A stretch of 41,840 nucleotides of DNA from Marinilabilia sp. (GCA_041642395.1 JBEPWN010000003.1:1-41840), one strand, 5' to 3'. Positions 19,619 to 30,969 are shown, counted from the stretch's first letter. Translations and numbers: made by a program. The notes: generated by a model from the sequence alone, not told the origin.

Positions 19619-21811
19619 TTAACGGGCAAACAAAAGCTCCCTGTACTTAGGCAGGGGCCATATAGCGTTATCAACCGACAACTCCAACTTGTCAATGTGA
19701 TAACGAATTTCTTCCAGGTAAGGACGAACCTCAAGATCATACATTTCGGCCATCTTTTCAATACGTTCCTCTTTATTAGCCACTTTACGTGCCTCAACCA
19801 TATCATGAGTCTTGTTCTTAATGCTCTTTATATGATTTGATATACTCTTGATCATCTCAATACGATCGGATGCCAATTCCTGATAATCAGCTTCATCACC
19901 AAAAACATCTTTCAAGCCCTGAACATTCTGAATAAGAGTGTTCATATATTGTACGGCTGTAGGAACAATGTGATTCAAAGCGAGATCTCCCAACACGCGT
20001 GCTTCAATCTGGATTTTTTTGGTGAACTTTTCCAGTTCAACTTCAGTACGGGCTTCAAGCTCAATCTCACTAAATATACCATTTTCAGAGAACAATTTTT
20101 TTGCCTTTTCACTCAGATAAGCTTTCATGGCTTCAGGCACACTGGACATATTGATTAATCCACGGCCGGCAGCTTCGCTTATCCACTCCGCAGAATAACC
20201 ATCTCCATCGAAACGGATATCCTTTGATTCGGTAATATACCCTTTAATAATCTGAAGTATGGCTTCGTCTTTTTTGATCCCTTTTTCTATTAATACATCC
20301 ACTTCGCCTTTAAAAATCTTCAATTGATTGGCAACAGCAGTATTAAGTGCAATCATCGCGGAAGCACAATTGGCTGCTGAACCCACGGCTCGGAATTCGA
20401 AACGGTTGCCCGTAAAAGCAAATGGTGATGTCCGGTTGCGATCAGTATTATCCAACAGTATTTCAGGGATTTTACCAATATCCAGCTTAAGTGCTGTTTT
20501 TTCATCCGGAGTCATTTTTTTATCAGGAACCCTGCTTTCCAGTTCATTAAGCATAGCCGTAAGCTGCGTACCAAGGAACACAGAAATAATTGACGGTGGT
20601 GCCTCATTTGCTCCAAGCCGGTGTGAATTACCAGCCGACATAATACTTCCCAACAAAATTTCCTGATTATCCTTTACCGATTTCAGCACATTTACCAGAA
20701 ATGTAAGGAACTGCATGTTGGATTTGGGGTTCTTTCCGGGTGATAATAAATTAACACCGGTATTGGTGCTCAACGACCAGTTGTTATGCTTTCCGGAACC
20801 ATTAATTCCTTTAAACGGCTTTTCGTGGAACAGTACACGAAACTTATGTTTTCTGGCCACACGCTTCATCACATCCATCACTAATTGGTTATGATCATTC
20901 GCCAGATTGGTTTCCTCAAAAATAGGAGCAACCTCAAATTGATTTGGAGCAACCTCATTGTGACGTGTCTTCACAGGGATTCCAAGTCGGTAAGCTTCAA
21001 TTTCGAACTCTTCCATAAAAGCAATAACCCTTTCAGGAATAGAGCCAAAATAATGATCATCAAGCTGTTGATCCTTAGCAGAAGAATGTCCCATAAGGGT
21101 TCTTCCTGTCAGCATCAAATCGGGACGGGCATGATAAAGAGCCTGATCCACCAAAAAGTATTCTTGTTCCCACCCCAGATTACTGGTTACTTTGGTAACA
21201 TTTTTATCAAAATACTGACAAACATCAACAGCGGCTTTATCTACAGCGTGCGTTGCTTTCAGCAAAGGAAATTTATAATCAAGTGCATGCCCTGTATATG
21301 AAATAAATACAGTAGGGATACACAATGTAGTACCTACAATAAACGCGGGTGAAGATACATCCCATGCAGTATATCCACGGGCTTCGAATGTATTCCGTAT
21401 TCCTCCCGAGGGAAAACTTGAAGCATCGGGCTCCTGCTGAACCAGCAAAGAACCGGAAAAGCTTTCAACCATGCTGCCAAACTCGCCAAAAGTAAGAAAG
21501 GCATCATGTTTCTCAGCAGTGCCATCTGTAAGCGGATGAAACCAGTGAGTATAATGAGTGGCTCCATTCTCCATGGCCCATGCCTTCATACCCAGTGCAA
21601 TCTGATCGGCCATACGCCGATCAATGCGAGTTCCTTTTTCCATGGCTTCAATCACATGTTCAAAAGCCTCTTTTGAAAGAAATTTTTTCATTTTGGGGCG
21701 GCCAAACACCAGTTCACCAAAATAATCAGAAGTAGGAATCCTGGTTCCTTCAACTTTTTGAGTCTCCCTGTCCAGGAGCTCCTCTAATGCAGAAAATCTC
21801 AATTTTGCCAT
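19619..21811 (-). CDS. glnA: Glutamine synthetase type III
   Basis: 730 aa; HYTHWFHPLT, EPDASSFPSGG, HNEVAPNQFE, NGSGKHNNWS, DRNRTSPFAFTGNRFEFRA, WPLPKY. Confidence 0.97.
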   Translation of the reverse strand: MAKLRFSALEELLDRETQKVEGTRIPTSDYFGELVFGRPKMKKFLSKEAFEHVIEAMEKGTRIDRRMADQIALGMKAWAMENGATHYTHWFHPLTDGTAEKHDAFLTFGEFGSMVESFSGSLLVQQEPDASSFPSGGIRNTFEARGYTAWDVSSPAFIVGTTLCIPTVFISYTGHALDYKFPLLKATHAVDKAAVDVCQYFDKNVTKVTSNLGWEQEYFLVDQALYHARPDLMLTGRTLMGHSSAKDQQLDDHYFGSIPERVIAFMEEFEIEAYRLGIPVKTRHNEVAPNQFEVAPIFEETNLANDHNQLVMDVMKRVARKHKFRVLFHEKPFKGINGSGKHNNWSLSTNTGVNLLSPGKNPKSNMQFLTFLVNVLKSVKDNQEILLGSIMSAGNSHRLGANEAPPSIISVFLGTQLTAMLNELESRVPDKKMTPDEKTALKLDIGKIPEILLDNTDRNRTSPFAFTGNRFEFRAVGSAANCASAMIALNTAVANQLKIFKGEVDVLIEKGIKKDEAILQIIKGYITESKDIRFDGDGYSAEWISEAAGRGLINMSSVPEAMKAYLSEKAKKLFSENGIFSEIELEARTEVELEKFTKKIQIEARVLGDLALNHIVPTAVQYMNTLIQNVQGLKDVFGDEADYQELASDRIEMIKSISNHIKSIKNKTHDMVEARKVANKEERIEKMAEMYDLEVRPYLEEIRYHIDKLELSVDNAIWPLPKYRELLFAR

Positions 21812-22034
21812 AATTTTGCTTTATTTTTACGAGTTAGCTGGGACAAATATAAAAGTTTTTCTATAACTTATTGTTTTTGGGGGAGTATTTTAATAAAAAA
21901 AGATATTTTTACCTTCTTGCCTATAAATAAACAACCCTTTATTCATGGACAATGCAAAATTTTGGACTAGAACCCTAATTTATTTAAATAAGAGCCAGAC
22001 AATACATTTTTACATTAAAAAAATATTAACCTAC

Positions 22035-22071
22035 AAAAAAAGGGTTTCCCTGAAGGAAAACCCTTTTTTTT
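22035..22071. terminator. Intrinsic terminator downstream of the dipeptidase gene
   Basis: aaaaaaagggtttccctgaaggaaaacccttttttt. Confidence 0.8.
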
Positions 22072-22113
22072 ATAAAAACACCCATATTTTTTAAACGAAC
22101 ATTTTAAAAACTA

Positions 22114-23484
22114 TTATTTAGAAGAATCACTAAAATACTTATAAAACCAGGGAATGGTTTCAATTCCCTTAAAAAACTGCTCCAACGGAAAATTCTCATT
22201 GGGACTGTGTATAGCATCACTTTCAAGACCAAAACCCATGAGTACTGACTTAATTCCCAATATCTGTTCAAAAGTAGAAATGATTGGAATAGATCCACCA
22301 CTCCTCACAGGAACGGGGGCTTTGCCAAATGTTTCGTGATACGCTTTTTCAGCAGCCTTGTAGGCAGGTATGTCAATAGGACAAACATAAGCCTGCCCCC
22401 CATGCAAAACAGAAACTTCAACTTTTACAGAGGAGGGGGCAACAGACTCAAAATATTCTTTGAATTGAGCAGCTATTTTCTGATGATCCTGATCCGGCAC
22501 CAAACGTGCAGATAGTTTCGCATGAGCTTTTGATGGCAACACCGTTTTAGCGCCTTCACCGGTATATCCGCCCCAAATCCCGCATGCATCGAATGAAGGT
22601 CGGATTCCGGTTCTCTCGTGCGTTGAAAAGCCCTCTTCACCCTGAAGCTTTTCCACGCCGATGGATTTTTTATAATCCTCTTCATTAAATGGAGCTTTAC
22701 CCATGAGCTCTCTTTCCTTCTCACTAATGTCCAGGACATCATCATAAAATCCGGGAATGGTAATTCTACCGTTTTCATTGGTAATATTGCCAATCATCTG
22801 ACACAGCACATTGATTGGATTGGCCACTGCCCCACCAAACATTCCTGAATGCAAATCCCTGTTTGGTCCGGTTACATCCACCTGCCAATAGGCCAACCCT
22901 CTTAATCCGGTTGTAATAGAAGGTATGTCCGGTGCCAGCATAGTGGTATCCGAAACCAAAATAACATCTGCCTTCAAAAGTTCCTTGTGGTTTTGGCAAA
23001 AATCAGGCAGGTTGGCAGATCCAATTTCTTCTTCTCCCTCAATAAGAAATTTTACATTACACCTCAACTGATTGGTTTTAACCAAATATTCAAAGGCCTT
23101 GACATGCATAAATGCCTGTCCTTTATCATCATCAGCCCCACGCCCCCAAATTTTTCCGTCTTTTACTAAAGGTTCAAACGGTTTGGTATTCCATAGCTCC
23201 AACGGATCTACCGGCATCACGTCTGTATGTCCGTAAACCAAAACAGTGGGTGCTTTCTCATCCACTTTCTTTTCACCAAAAACCACAGGATGTCCGTTGG
23301 TTTCCATAACCCCGGCAGCATCAGCACCAGCATCCAGCAACAGTTCTTTCCATAATTCCGAAGCTTTTCGCATGTCATCTTTATGCTTTGCTTCACTGCT
23401 GATAGATGGTATGCGTATCAGTTCAAATAGTTCCTCAAGGAATCGATCCTTGTTTTCTTCGATGTATTGTTTAAGATCCTGCAT
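22114..23484 (-). CDS. M20/M25/M40-family dipeptidase
   Basis: YGHTDV, GRGADDDKGQ, EGEEEIGS, DLHSG, HSPNE. Confidence 0.93.
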   Translation of the reverse strand: MQDLKQYIEENKDRFLEELFELIRIPSISSEAKHKDDMRKASELWKELLLDAGADAAGVMETNGHPVVFGEKKVDEKAPTVLVYGHTDVMPVDPLELWNTKPFEPLVKDGKIWGRGADDDKGQAFMHVKAFEYLVKTNQLRCNVKFLIEGEEEIGSANLPDFCQNHKELLKADVILVSDTTMLAPDIPSITTGLRGLAYWQVDVTGPNRDLHSGMFGGAVANPINVLCQMIGNITNENGRITIPGFYDDVLDISEKERELMGKAPFNEEDYKKSIGVEKLQGEEGFSTHERTGIRPSFDACGIWGGYTGEGAKTVLPSKAHAKLSARLVPDQDHQKIAAQFKEYFESVAPSSVKVEVSVLHGGQAYVCPIDIPAYKAAEKAYHETFGKAPVPVRSGGSIPIISTFEQILGIKSVLMGFGLESDAIHSPNENFPLEQFFKGIETIPWFYKYFSDSSK

Positions 23485-23551
23485 AGTATTATTTTAGTAT
23501 TTGAATTTCAAAAAGAATTCTATCCTGGACTATTCAAAAATTATCTATTAC

Positions 23552-23666
23552 GATGTTCAACTACCGGCTAAATACAGGCGTCCTCAATAAAATTGACTTG
23601 AAAATAATTCATTATTCCCCTCATCAATTTTCTGCGGCTACCTGTATTTATTGGCATCTGAACATC
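23552..23666. repeat. 115-bp fold-back element (possible MITE)
   Basis: Nested inverted repeats gatgttca/tgaacatc, taaatacagg/cctgtattta, aaaattga/tcaatttt and aataat/attatt. Confidence 0.65.
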
Positions 23667-23928
23667 TCATGACGAAAACTTATGAATAGGCCAGGCTATA
23701 AAATGACATTAATTCTGTTCTGGCACATTAAAAAATATAGGTTCTCTTTTAAAAACCGTTTTGTTAGCCGCAATGCTGCCAACAAAACGAAAGGGAAATC
23801 GAAGTTACGCACAATCTGCAAAAAAGGAAATGATGAATGTCAATATTGGATAACCAAAAAACTATTTTTGAACACTTCTATGTATCCAGATGTTTCAATA
23901 CCATATTCAAAACCTAAAAAAAGTAATC

Positions 23929-24393
23929 ATGAAAAGATTAATGTCACTAATAGCATTGCTGATCGCAGCAAATTTGTCAATGTCCGCTACAAGTGGAGGA
24001 GAAAAATCAACATATGAAAAGGAGAGCAAACACGACTTTCAAAAAACCGTTGAGTTAATCAAACAGGAAGCAACTAAAGCTGGCTGGTCTATCCCTGCCG
24101 AACATGACATGCAGGCAACACTAAAAAAGAAAAATAAAGAAGTTCTTCCTGCCTATATCCTGGTTTTGTGCAATGCTGATTTTGCTTTTCAGTTCTTAAA
24201 AAATGATGACACACGAAAAGCACAAAGTTTGCTTCCCTGTAGAATCGCCGTTTATGAAAAAACGGACGGAAAAACTTACCTCAGCTGGACAAACTATGAA
24301 AAAGCCGGAAAAGAAATGGGTGATTCAGCAGCATCTGTCTTTAAAAAAATATCAGCTGGCTTGGAGGATATTACACACCCCGTAGTAAAATAA
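23929..24393 (+). CDS. DUF302 domain protein with signal peptide
   Basis: HDMQATLKKK, ILVLCN, LLPCRIAVYE..DGKTY. ATG at 23929 gives a clean signal peptide. Confidence 0.85.
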   Translation: MKRLMSLIALLIAANLSMSATSGGEKSTYEKESKHDFQKTVELIKQEATKAGWSIPAEHDMQATLKKKNKEVLPAYILVLCNADFAFQFLKNDDTRKAQSLLPCRIAVYEKTDGKTYLSWTNYEKAGKEMGDSAASVFKKISAGLEDITHPVVK

Positions 24394-24536
24394 AAATGAT
24401 GTCATATCCAATCAGTCGGTAATCATCACACCGTTTAGATTTCAGGATATGTTTATTATGGGCCGGATAAAGAAAAAAAACCAAATTACCAGCAAATGTA
24501 TTCCACAGCAATTATCAGTGAAGAGCTGCATCAGAG

Positions 24537-24576
24537 GGTGTTTTCATTGAAAAAAAGATTTTTCAATGAAAACACC
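24537..24576. terminator. 18-bp-stem hairpin between the convergent DUF302 and yebC genes
   Basis: ggtgttttcattgaaaaa-aaga-tttttcaatgaaaacacc; no clear external U-tail. Confidence 0.55.
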
Positions 24577-24600
24577 ACGTAAATGTTCCCGATTCTGGGG

Positions 24601-25311
24601 TTAGACCATATTATGAAACACATTGGTCACATCGTCGTCCTCTTCAAACTTAGCCAGAAGCTTTTCAATATCAGCAACCTGATCTTCATTAAGGGACCTG
24701 GTGTCCTGTGGAATGCGTTCAAATTCGGCATTCTCAATTTCAAATCCATTTTCTTCAAGATATTTTTGAAGAGGACCAAAAGCTTCAAAATCGCCATATA
24801 TCATAACAAACTCATCTTCAGCGAATATTTCCTGAACACCTGAGTCTATCAGTTCAAGTTCAAGTTCTTCAAGATCAAGTTCCTCTTTCATTTTCACTTT
24901 GAAGCTGCATTTGTGCTCGAACATATAATCCACGCTCCCTGATGTTCCCAGAGATCCACCAGACTTGTTGAAGTAACTGCGTACATTGGCAACAGTGCGG
25001 GTGGGATTGTCGGTGGCAGTTTCCACCAGGACGGCAATGCCATGTGGTGCATGTCCTTCATAAATCATCTCTTTATAATCAGCCTGATCCTTCCCCAAAG
25101 CTTTCTTAATAGCCCTTTCAACATTATCTTTAGGCATATTGGCTGCCTTGGCATTTTGCATAAGTACACGCAAACGAGGATTTCCGGCAGGATCGGGACC
25201 ACCGCTTTTAACGGCAATAGCGATTTCACGACCTATTTTTGTAAATGTCTTTGCCATGTTGCCCCATCTCTTGAGCTTTCTTGCTTTACGAAATTCAAAT
25301 GCGCGTCCCAT
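24601..25311 (-). CDS. yebC: YebC/PmpR family protein
   Basis: MGRAFEFRK, NMPKDNVERAIKK, TDNPTRT, DDDVTNVFHN. Confidence 0.95.
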   Translation of the reverse strand: MGRAFEFRKARKLKRWGNMAKTFTKIGREIAIAVKSGGPDPAGNPRLRVLMQNAKAANMPKDNVERAIKKALGKDQADYKEMIYEGHAPHGIAVLVETATDNPTRTVANVRSYFNKSGGSLGTSGSVDYMFEHKCSFKVKMKEELDLEELELELIDSGVQEIFAEDEFVMIYGDFEAFGPLQKYLEENGFEIENAEFERIPQDTRSLNEDQVADIEKLLAKFEEDDDVTNVFHNMV

Positions 25312-25569
25312 TATTTTTTGTATCTAATTATAATCACTGTTAACTGAAGGTATTTTGAATAAAGTTGGAGAACGATATTTAAGAAATTCACTCAAAACAA
25401 ACGTGAAGCCAGATGGCGAAAGGCAAAAAACATGAAATGCCGGTCTGGATTTTTCTTCTATTCCTCTAAAACACACAAACAGATCCAAAAATTAATGAAC
25501 CAGGCATAGCAGAAAACAGTTTCTAATTTGCTCCAGACTATATGTTTTGAGCTCTTTCAATTTGAATTA

Positions 25570-26163
25570 TTATTCTTCGGATGCAGCATGCTTTTGTTTT
25601 TCGAGTTGAATTGCCACGTCCTCCATTTCTGAGTAAAAATTCTCACCATACTTTTTGATGATCGGGTCTTTCAGAAACCTGAAAACAGGCTGCCCAATTT
25701 GTTTGCCCAACTCACGTGCAGGATTACATACCGGCCAGATGTGATAATTGAGGGCCTCATAATTCTCATATTTATCCACCCGGATGGGATACAAATAACA
25801 TGAAATTGGTTTTCTGAAATTAACTATCCCTTCATCATGGGCCTTTTCAATGGCACATTTACATATTCCATCGGAATTGAAATAGGTGTACACACATTCT
25901 TGTCCGTGAATAATTGGGGTCACTTTATCACCATCACTGTCAATATTCCAGGTGCCATTGTTTTCAATAATCTCAATGGCTTCAGAAGAAAGCAAGTGCT
26001 TAATTTCCGGATAGATCTTTTCCAGAATTACAGTCTCCTCTTCCTCAAGCGGAGCACCCGATTCACCCTCAACACAACAACTGCCTAAGCATTTCGGCAG
26101 ATCGCACAAAAAAAGCTTTTGAAAAATGTCGAGACTGATGATCTTGTCGTCAATTTGAACCAT
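25570..26163 (-). CDS. DUF3109 family Cys-rich protein
   Basis: CDLPKCLGSCCVEGESGAP, ECVY, CAIE, KPISCYLYP. Confidence 0.88.
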   Translation of the reverse strand: MVQIDDKIISLDIFQKLFLCDLPKCLGSCCVEGESGAPLEEEETVILEKIYPEIKHLLSSEAIEIIENNGTWNIDSDGDKVTPIIHGQECVYTYFNSDGICKCAIEKAHDEGIVNFRKPISCYLYPIRVDKYENYEALNYHIWPVCNPARELGKQIGQPVFRFLKDPIIKKYGENFYSEMEDVAIQLEKQKHAASEE

Positions 26164-26405
26164 TATTAAGTTTCTCTATTCTTTAAATGCCGGGCAAAGT
26201 TAAATAAATAAAATCATATTCCCATTTCTATAAGCATGGGATATTCATCAGCATTAACTCGCTGATGCCGGTCATAGGACAATAGCAGCCAACGATTTCA
26301 AAAAATTATTGTTGTTCGGAGAGATTTGGTTAGAAAGCAAAAATACAGATTGCTTCGTTTTAATCGCAATGACCCATTTCTTTTTTGTGGTCGAAGAAAA
26401 AAATG

Positions 26406-26448
26406 GAGGGGATTGATTTTTCGGCTAAGCCTAAAAATCAATCCCCTC
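26406..26448 (-). terminator. gpmI terminator
   Basis: gaggggattgattttt...aaaaatcaatcccctc 16-bp stem with a T-run on the minus strand. Confidence 0.8.
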
Positions 26449-26478
26449 TACAAAATAAAGATTAACCACCCAAAAGAA

Positions 26479-28005
26479 TTAATCCAAAGCAATTAAACTA
26501 TGCCCGGTCATATCATCAGGTTTTTCAACTCCCATAAGCATAAGTAAGGATGGGGCCACATCGGCGAGAATTCCCTTTTCAACTTTTCCTTTACGATCTG
26601 TAATCCAAACGAAAGGTACCGGATTCATAGAATGAGCTGTATTCGGCGAACCATCAGGATTAACAGCATTATCAGCATTTCCATGGTCAGCAATAATGAT
26701 GGCCTCATAGCCATTCTTTTTAGCAGCTTCCACCACATCTTTCAAAGAGTTATCAACAGCTTTCACCGCTTTTTGAATCGCTTCATACACTCCGGTGTGT
26801 CCAACCATGTCGCAATTGGCAAAATTGAGACAAATAAAATCGTATTTATTCTTATTCAATTCGCCTACTACAGCATCTTTTACCTCGTATGCACTCATTT
26901 CGGGTTGAAGATCGTAAGTAGGTACTTTGGGAGAATTAACCAGAATACGGTCTTCACCTTCAAAAACATCTTCGCGTCCACCGGAAAAGAAGAATGTTAC
27001 GTGTGCATATTTTTCAGTCTCGGCGATGCGTAATTGCTTCAGCCCTTTAGCAGCAACCACTTCTCCCATAGTGTTTTTCACATTATCCTTATCGAAAAGA
27101 ATGTGCATGCCCTTAAAGCTGGTATCATAAGGAGTCAACGTGCAATAATACAAGGGAATGGTTTTCATACCATATTCCGGCATGTCTTCCTGTGTAAGCA
27201 CCCTGGTAATTTCCCGGGCCCTGTCGTTGCGGAAATTAAAGAAAACAACAACATCACCTTCCTGTATCGAGCCAACTGGCTTTCCGTTTTCATCAACATT
27301 CACAATGGGTTTAATAAACTCATCGGTAATTCCACTGTCATAAGACTCCTGAATGGCTTCCAGCGGATTTCCGGTGGCCGTGCCGTTCCCTTTCACCATA
27401 AGGTCGTAAGCCTCTTTAACCCGTTCCCAACGTTTGTCCCGATCCATAGCATAGTAACGGCCGATGACGGATGCCACCTGTCCCACAGAATTTTTCAGAT
27501 GATCAAGAAGTTCGCTCATGTATCCTTTACCGCTACGGGGATCGGTATCACGTCCATCCATAAAAGCGTGAACAAACACTTTTTCGAGACCGAAATCTTT
27601 TGCAACATCAGTCAGTTTGTAGAGATGCTCCTGGCTACTGTGCACTCCCCCTTTGGATACAAGCCCCAGAAAGTGCACCTGCTTATCATTTTCTTTGGCA
27701 TAATTATAAGCCTTTACGAGTTCGGGGTTTTCAGCAATGCTGTTGTTTTTGATTGCCAGGTTTATTTTCACAAGATCCTGATAAACCACCCGCCCGGCAC
27801 CAATATTCAAGTGGCCAACTTCAGAATTACCCATTTGCCCTTCGGGTAAACCAACATCTTCTCCTGAAGCATGAAGTTCAGAATTTGGATATTTTTTTAA
27901 AAGACTGTCGAAATAAGGCGTATCAGCGCTATATATAACATCTGACTTGTCATTTTTCCCATATCCCCAACCGTCGAGAATAATAAGTATGGTTTTTTTA
28001 TTCAT
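26479..28005 (-). CDS. gpmI: 2,3-bisphosphoglycerate-independent phosphoglycerate mutase
   Basis: [52 protein letters not shown]. Confidence 0.98.
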   Translation of the reverse strand: MNKKTILIILDGWGYGKNDKSDVIYSADTPYFDSLLKKYPNSELHASGEDVGLPEGQMGNSEVGHLNIGAGRVVYQDLVKINLAIKNNSIAENPELVKAYNYAKENDKQVHFLGLVSKGGVHSSQEHLYKLTDVAKDFGLEKVFVHAFMDGRDTDPRSGKGYMSELLDHLKNSVGQVASVIGRYYAMDRDKRWERVKEAYDLMVKGNGTATGNPLEAIQESYDSGITDEFIKPIVNVDENGKPVGSIQEGDVVVFFNFRNDRAREITRVLTQEDMPEYGMKTIPLYYCTLTPYDTSFKGMHILFDKDNVKNTMGEVVAAKGLKQLRIAETEKYAHVTFFFSGGREDVFEGEDRILVNSPKVPTYDLQPEMSAYEVKDAVVGELNKNKYDFICLNFANCDMVGHTGVYEAIQKAVKAVDNSLKDVVEAAKKNGYEAIIIADHGNADNAVNPDGSPNTAHSMNPVPFVWITDRKGKVEKGILADVAPSLLMLMGVEKPDDMTGHSLIALD

Positions 28006-28520
28006 GGCTATTTTTATTATATAATTATTAATATCTGTTTGAAATTGAATTAATGTCCTTTCTCATCTTTAAAAACCGACCAGATAAGAAAAACAAACAA
28101 TATGGAATTCAGTTTACAAGAAGTGCCAAAAGTACCTAAATTGGCATCAAAAAAAAAGAGAAGGATGTTAATGAAGTTAAATTACTCAGACACATTAATT
28201 ACTTTATCAATGCAAGCTAAAAGAATCAACTAAAATTTTTATGGGGGTAGAGTGAAAACTTCCGAATAAACAATTTATCTCTCAAAAATAATGAAGAAGC
28301 AGCAAATCTTCCACTAAAAGTAAAATACACCGAAGCAATGATAACTAAGGATTTCTCTTTAACCGACATCAAATTTTCTGATGGCCTGGATGAAAAGGTC
28401 ATTATGGATAAAATGCTTCGGCAGAATTGTAGTTTACCGGAGTAACTGCGCGGCATAATCATTCCACATATTTTCGTTCTGATGAAACAAGGCTATCTGT
28501 CTCGATATAAACAGGACTTT

Positions 28521-29234
28521 TTATCCTTCATTGACTGCCTTTCTTTTCATACGATATAAGTCCCACCAGGGAGTCCCGGGGGAAGCATGATGTTCGAAAT
28601 GATACCCAAAAAACCAGCAACTCAGAAATGCCCATAAATGATTGCGTTTAAGGGTTCGCGCACGGTAGGGCATCATATCATCAACATGCGGCTGGCGATG
28701 AGGTGCATATACACCAAAATAGAACATCTGAAAGGTGGACAGAAACGCAGGTACAATCCATAACAGAATCAACCTGACTTCAGAAAACCAAATAAGCAGA
28801 ATATTGAATAAAGCGGCCATCACCAATATCTGCCATATGGTGATATACCGCCACATGAAAGTAAAATACCATACAAAAAAGTTCTGTGAACGCATACAAT
28901 AATCAGGATCACCAGCTGTTCCCGGCATTTTATGGTGCTTATTATGATTGCTTTTGAGCTTATTAAAAGACAAGCCGGCATACAGAAAAGCAGCAATGGT
29001 GCCAATGATGCGGTTCGTCCTGTTGAAGCCGGGGGTGATGGTACCATGCATCCCATCATGGCTGGTAATAAACAGACCGGTAAAGAGGTGGGTCTGTACA
29101 ACCATGTGAAAATACATCCATGGATTAGCAGCAGACACCTGCACAAATAAAAGGCTGTAGATCAAATGTGCAAGCCATAGCAGAATAACAGACAAAGCTA
29201 TTAAAATGCCTTTAAAGGATTTGCCTGAAGTCAT
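28521..29234 (-). CDS. crtW: Beta-carotene ketolase-like membrane di-iron enzyme (fatty-acid desaturase superfamily)
   Basis: TGLFITSHDGMHG, HNKHH...DPDY, QMFYFG..PH and FGYHFEHH..P..PWW match the CrtW pattern. ATG at 29234; ORF-track start is 29249. Confidence 0.75.
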   Translation of the reverse strand: MTSGKSFKGILIALSVILLWLAHLIYSLLFVQVSAANPWMYFHMVVQTHLFTGLFITSHDGMHGTITPGFNRTNRIIGTIAAFLYAGLSFNKLKSNHNKHHKMPGTAGDPDYCMRSQNFFVWYFTFMWRYITIWQILVMAALFNILLIWFSEVRLILLWIVPAFLSTFQMFYFGVYAPHRQPHVDDMMPYRARTLKRNHLWAFLSCWFFGYHFEHHASPGTPWWDLYRMKRKAVNEG

Positions 29235-29403
29235 ATCTGCTGTCCTCAATGGATGATTATATTTTCAGATAAAAGATTTAAGTAAATCAGTCAGTACTTA
29301 TTGATGCAAACAATCCGTGAATATTAAGTTGTTAAACCTCTGTTTATTACAACAATATAGCCGATTATTGCTATCTGTCTGTTCTCATAATGCTGCATTT
29401 ATG

Positions 29404-29991
29404 TCATACAAGATCGCAGGCTTCTGGTGGCATCCAATGAGCATCTTTCCCTTCCCATTTCACATTACACCCAATGGGATTGGTAACAACCACAGGTGGC
29501 ATTTTGCCCGATGTGAGAGCATCGAGAACTCTGTCAAGTGTATTATCGGTCATTTTACCTGTATCTCGTGGCGAATCAACCCCTCTTCCGGTATATACAA
29601 GCTCTCTGACCGTATCGAACACAAAAAAATGAGGAGTCCTGAGAGCACCGTATCTGCGAGCTACATCCTGACTTTCATCACGTAAATAAATCCACGGAAA
29701 ATTCTTTTCATCCATCCGTTTCACCATATGCGGAAAATCGTCTTCTACATATATTTTGTCACTGTTGGAATTGATCGCAATAAACCGAACTCCTTTAGGC
29801 CCATATTTTTCGGCTGTTTTCCGGGTTATCTCATCAGATCCCAGAACATACGGACAATGATTGCAGGTAAAGAATACAACCAGCCAGGGTGAGTCATCAA
29901 AATCCTCAAGGGAATAATTCCTTCCATCGGTGGCCGGCAATTTAAATTCCGGGGCTTTCTGTCCTATTTCTAATGTAAAAGCCATTGGCAT
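29404..29991 (-). CDS. Thioredoxin-family / AhpC-TSA redoxin
   Basis: [33 protein letters not shown]. Confidence 0.9.
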   Translation of the reverse strand: MPMAFTLEIGQKAPEFKLPATDGRNYSLEDFDDSPWLVVFFTCNHCPYVLGSDEITRKTAEKYGPKGVRFIAINSNSDKIYVEDDFPHMVKRMDEKNFPWIYLRDESQDVARRYGALRTPHFFVFDTVRELVYTGRGVDSPRDTGKMTDNTLDRVLDALTSGKMPPVVVTNPIGCNVKWEGKDAHWMPPEACDLV

Positions 29992-30090
29992 ATTTTTAGA
30001 TTTTACGTTTCTATTGTCCGGATAATTAAAATATTTGTTGGTTCATGTTGTCTTACTAATCAAATATCGTAGTTTAGCATATCTATTATC

Positions 30091-30588
30091 TCAAACAACC
30101 GATGAGTTAATTGTGTTTAATGGCTTTTCATTATTCTCTAGAATTAAATATTCGCGTACATGCTTCAAGACTGAGGAAATCTCATTCGATTCGGAATCCG
30201 GGAAAGCAGAAAATTTATAGACAGATATAGTGTTGTCTTTATTCACAAATTCAACCTTTCGGCCATCCACTATTATATCGGCAAGCTTATCCATCTTAAT
30301 TGATTTGGGCTTTCGATGTGAATTTTTATATTTAATAACATCCGATTCCTTCTTTATAAAGTTGTGTTCAGCCCAAAAACGCCTTCCCGATAAAGCAATC
30401 AGGATATAAACAGTTCCACTTATTAGCAAAACCAAAAAGAGCAAAAATAAATTTGAAGATGGATCAATATTAAAAAGACCATAAAAACCAATAGTGAGCT
30501 CCACAACCCCGATCATTATATAAACCCTTTTCCGGAAACCGCTCAATTTTGGCCGTCCATGAAATTGAAAATGAAAATCTTTCATCAT
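30091..30588 (-). CDS. Hypothetical membrane protein (2 TM helices + basic soluble domain)
   Basis: Open frame of about 165 codons with two hydrophobic helices; no family recognised. Confidence 0.55.
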   Translation of the reverse strand: MMKDFHFQFHGRPKLSGFRKRVYIMIGVVELTIGFYGLFNIDPSSNLFLLFLVLLISGTVYILIALSGRRFWAEHNFIKKESDVIKYKNSHRKPKSIKMDKLADIIVDGRKVEFVNKDNTISVYKFSAFPDSESNEISSVLKHVREYLILENNEKPLNTINSSVV

Positions 30589-30865
30589 CTGATTATATAT
30601 TAGCAAAACTTTATTTTAAAATTATCAAGTCAATATTCTTAACAGAATATCCAAAAAGACAATATGTACAAATCTTATAATTTTTGAACTTCTGAAATTT
30701 CTATGAATCCAAATTGAAAGATACTACTCAACTTCGTCTCTTCCATGCAAGAATATAGTTTTTAATTTGACGGTAATTGTAAATATACAAAACGGATTCC
30801 GTTAAAACAACTCATCCCCTATTGTACCGTTGGTATCAGCAAAAAAAAGATTCTGAAAATCCTTT

Positions 30866-30904
30866 TGTCCGAAAACGTACATCGTTTTGTTACACAACCG
30901 AACA
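30866..30904 (+). promoter_or_regulatory. Tandem enhancer-like boxes TGT-N10-ACA and TGT-N11-ACA (copy 1)
   Basis: TGTCCGAAAACGTACA at 30866-30881 and TGTTACACAACCGAACA at 30888-30904; conserved upstream of the paralog at 35529. Confidence 0.7.
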
Positions 30905-30969
30905 AACTTTTGGTGAAAAACACAGCAAGGCCTCCTACAATATGCTGTAAAAGAAATAATTACTCGCGT

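Noticed and set aside
28251-28445. Open plus-strand stretch (SENFRINNLSLKNNEEAANLPLKVKYTEAMITKDF...) between gpmI and crtW
   Set aside because: No convincing start and no recognisable family. It may be a gene relic but cannot be supported without a search.
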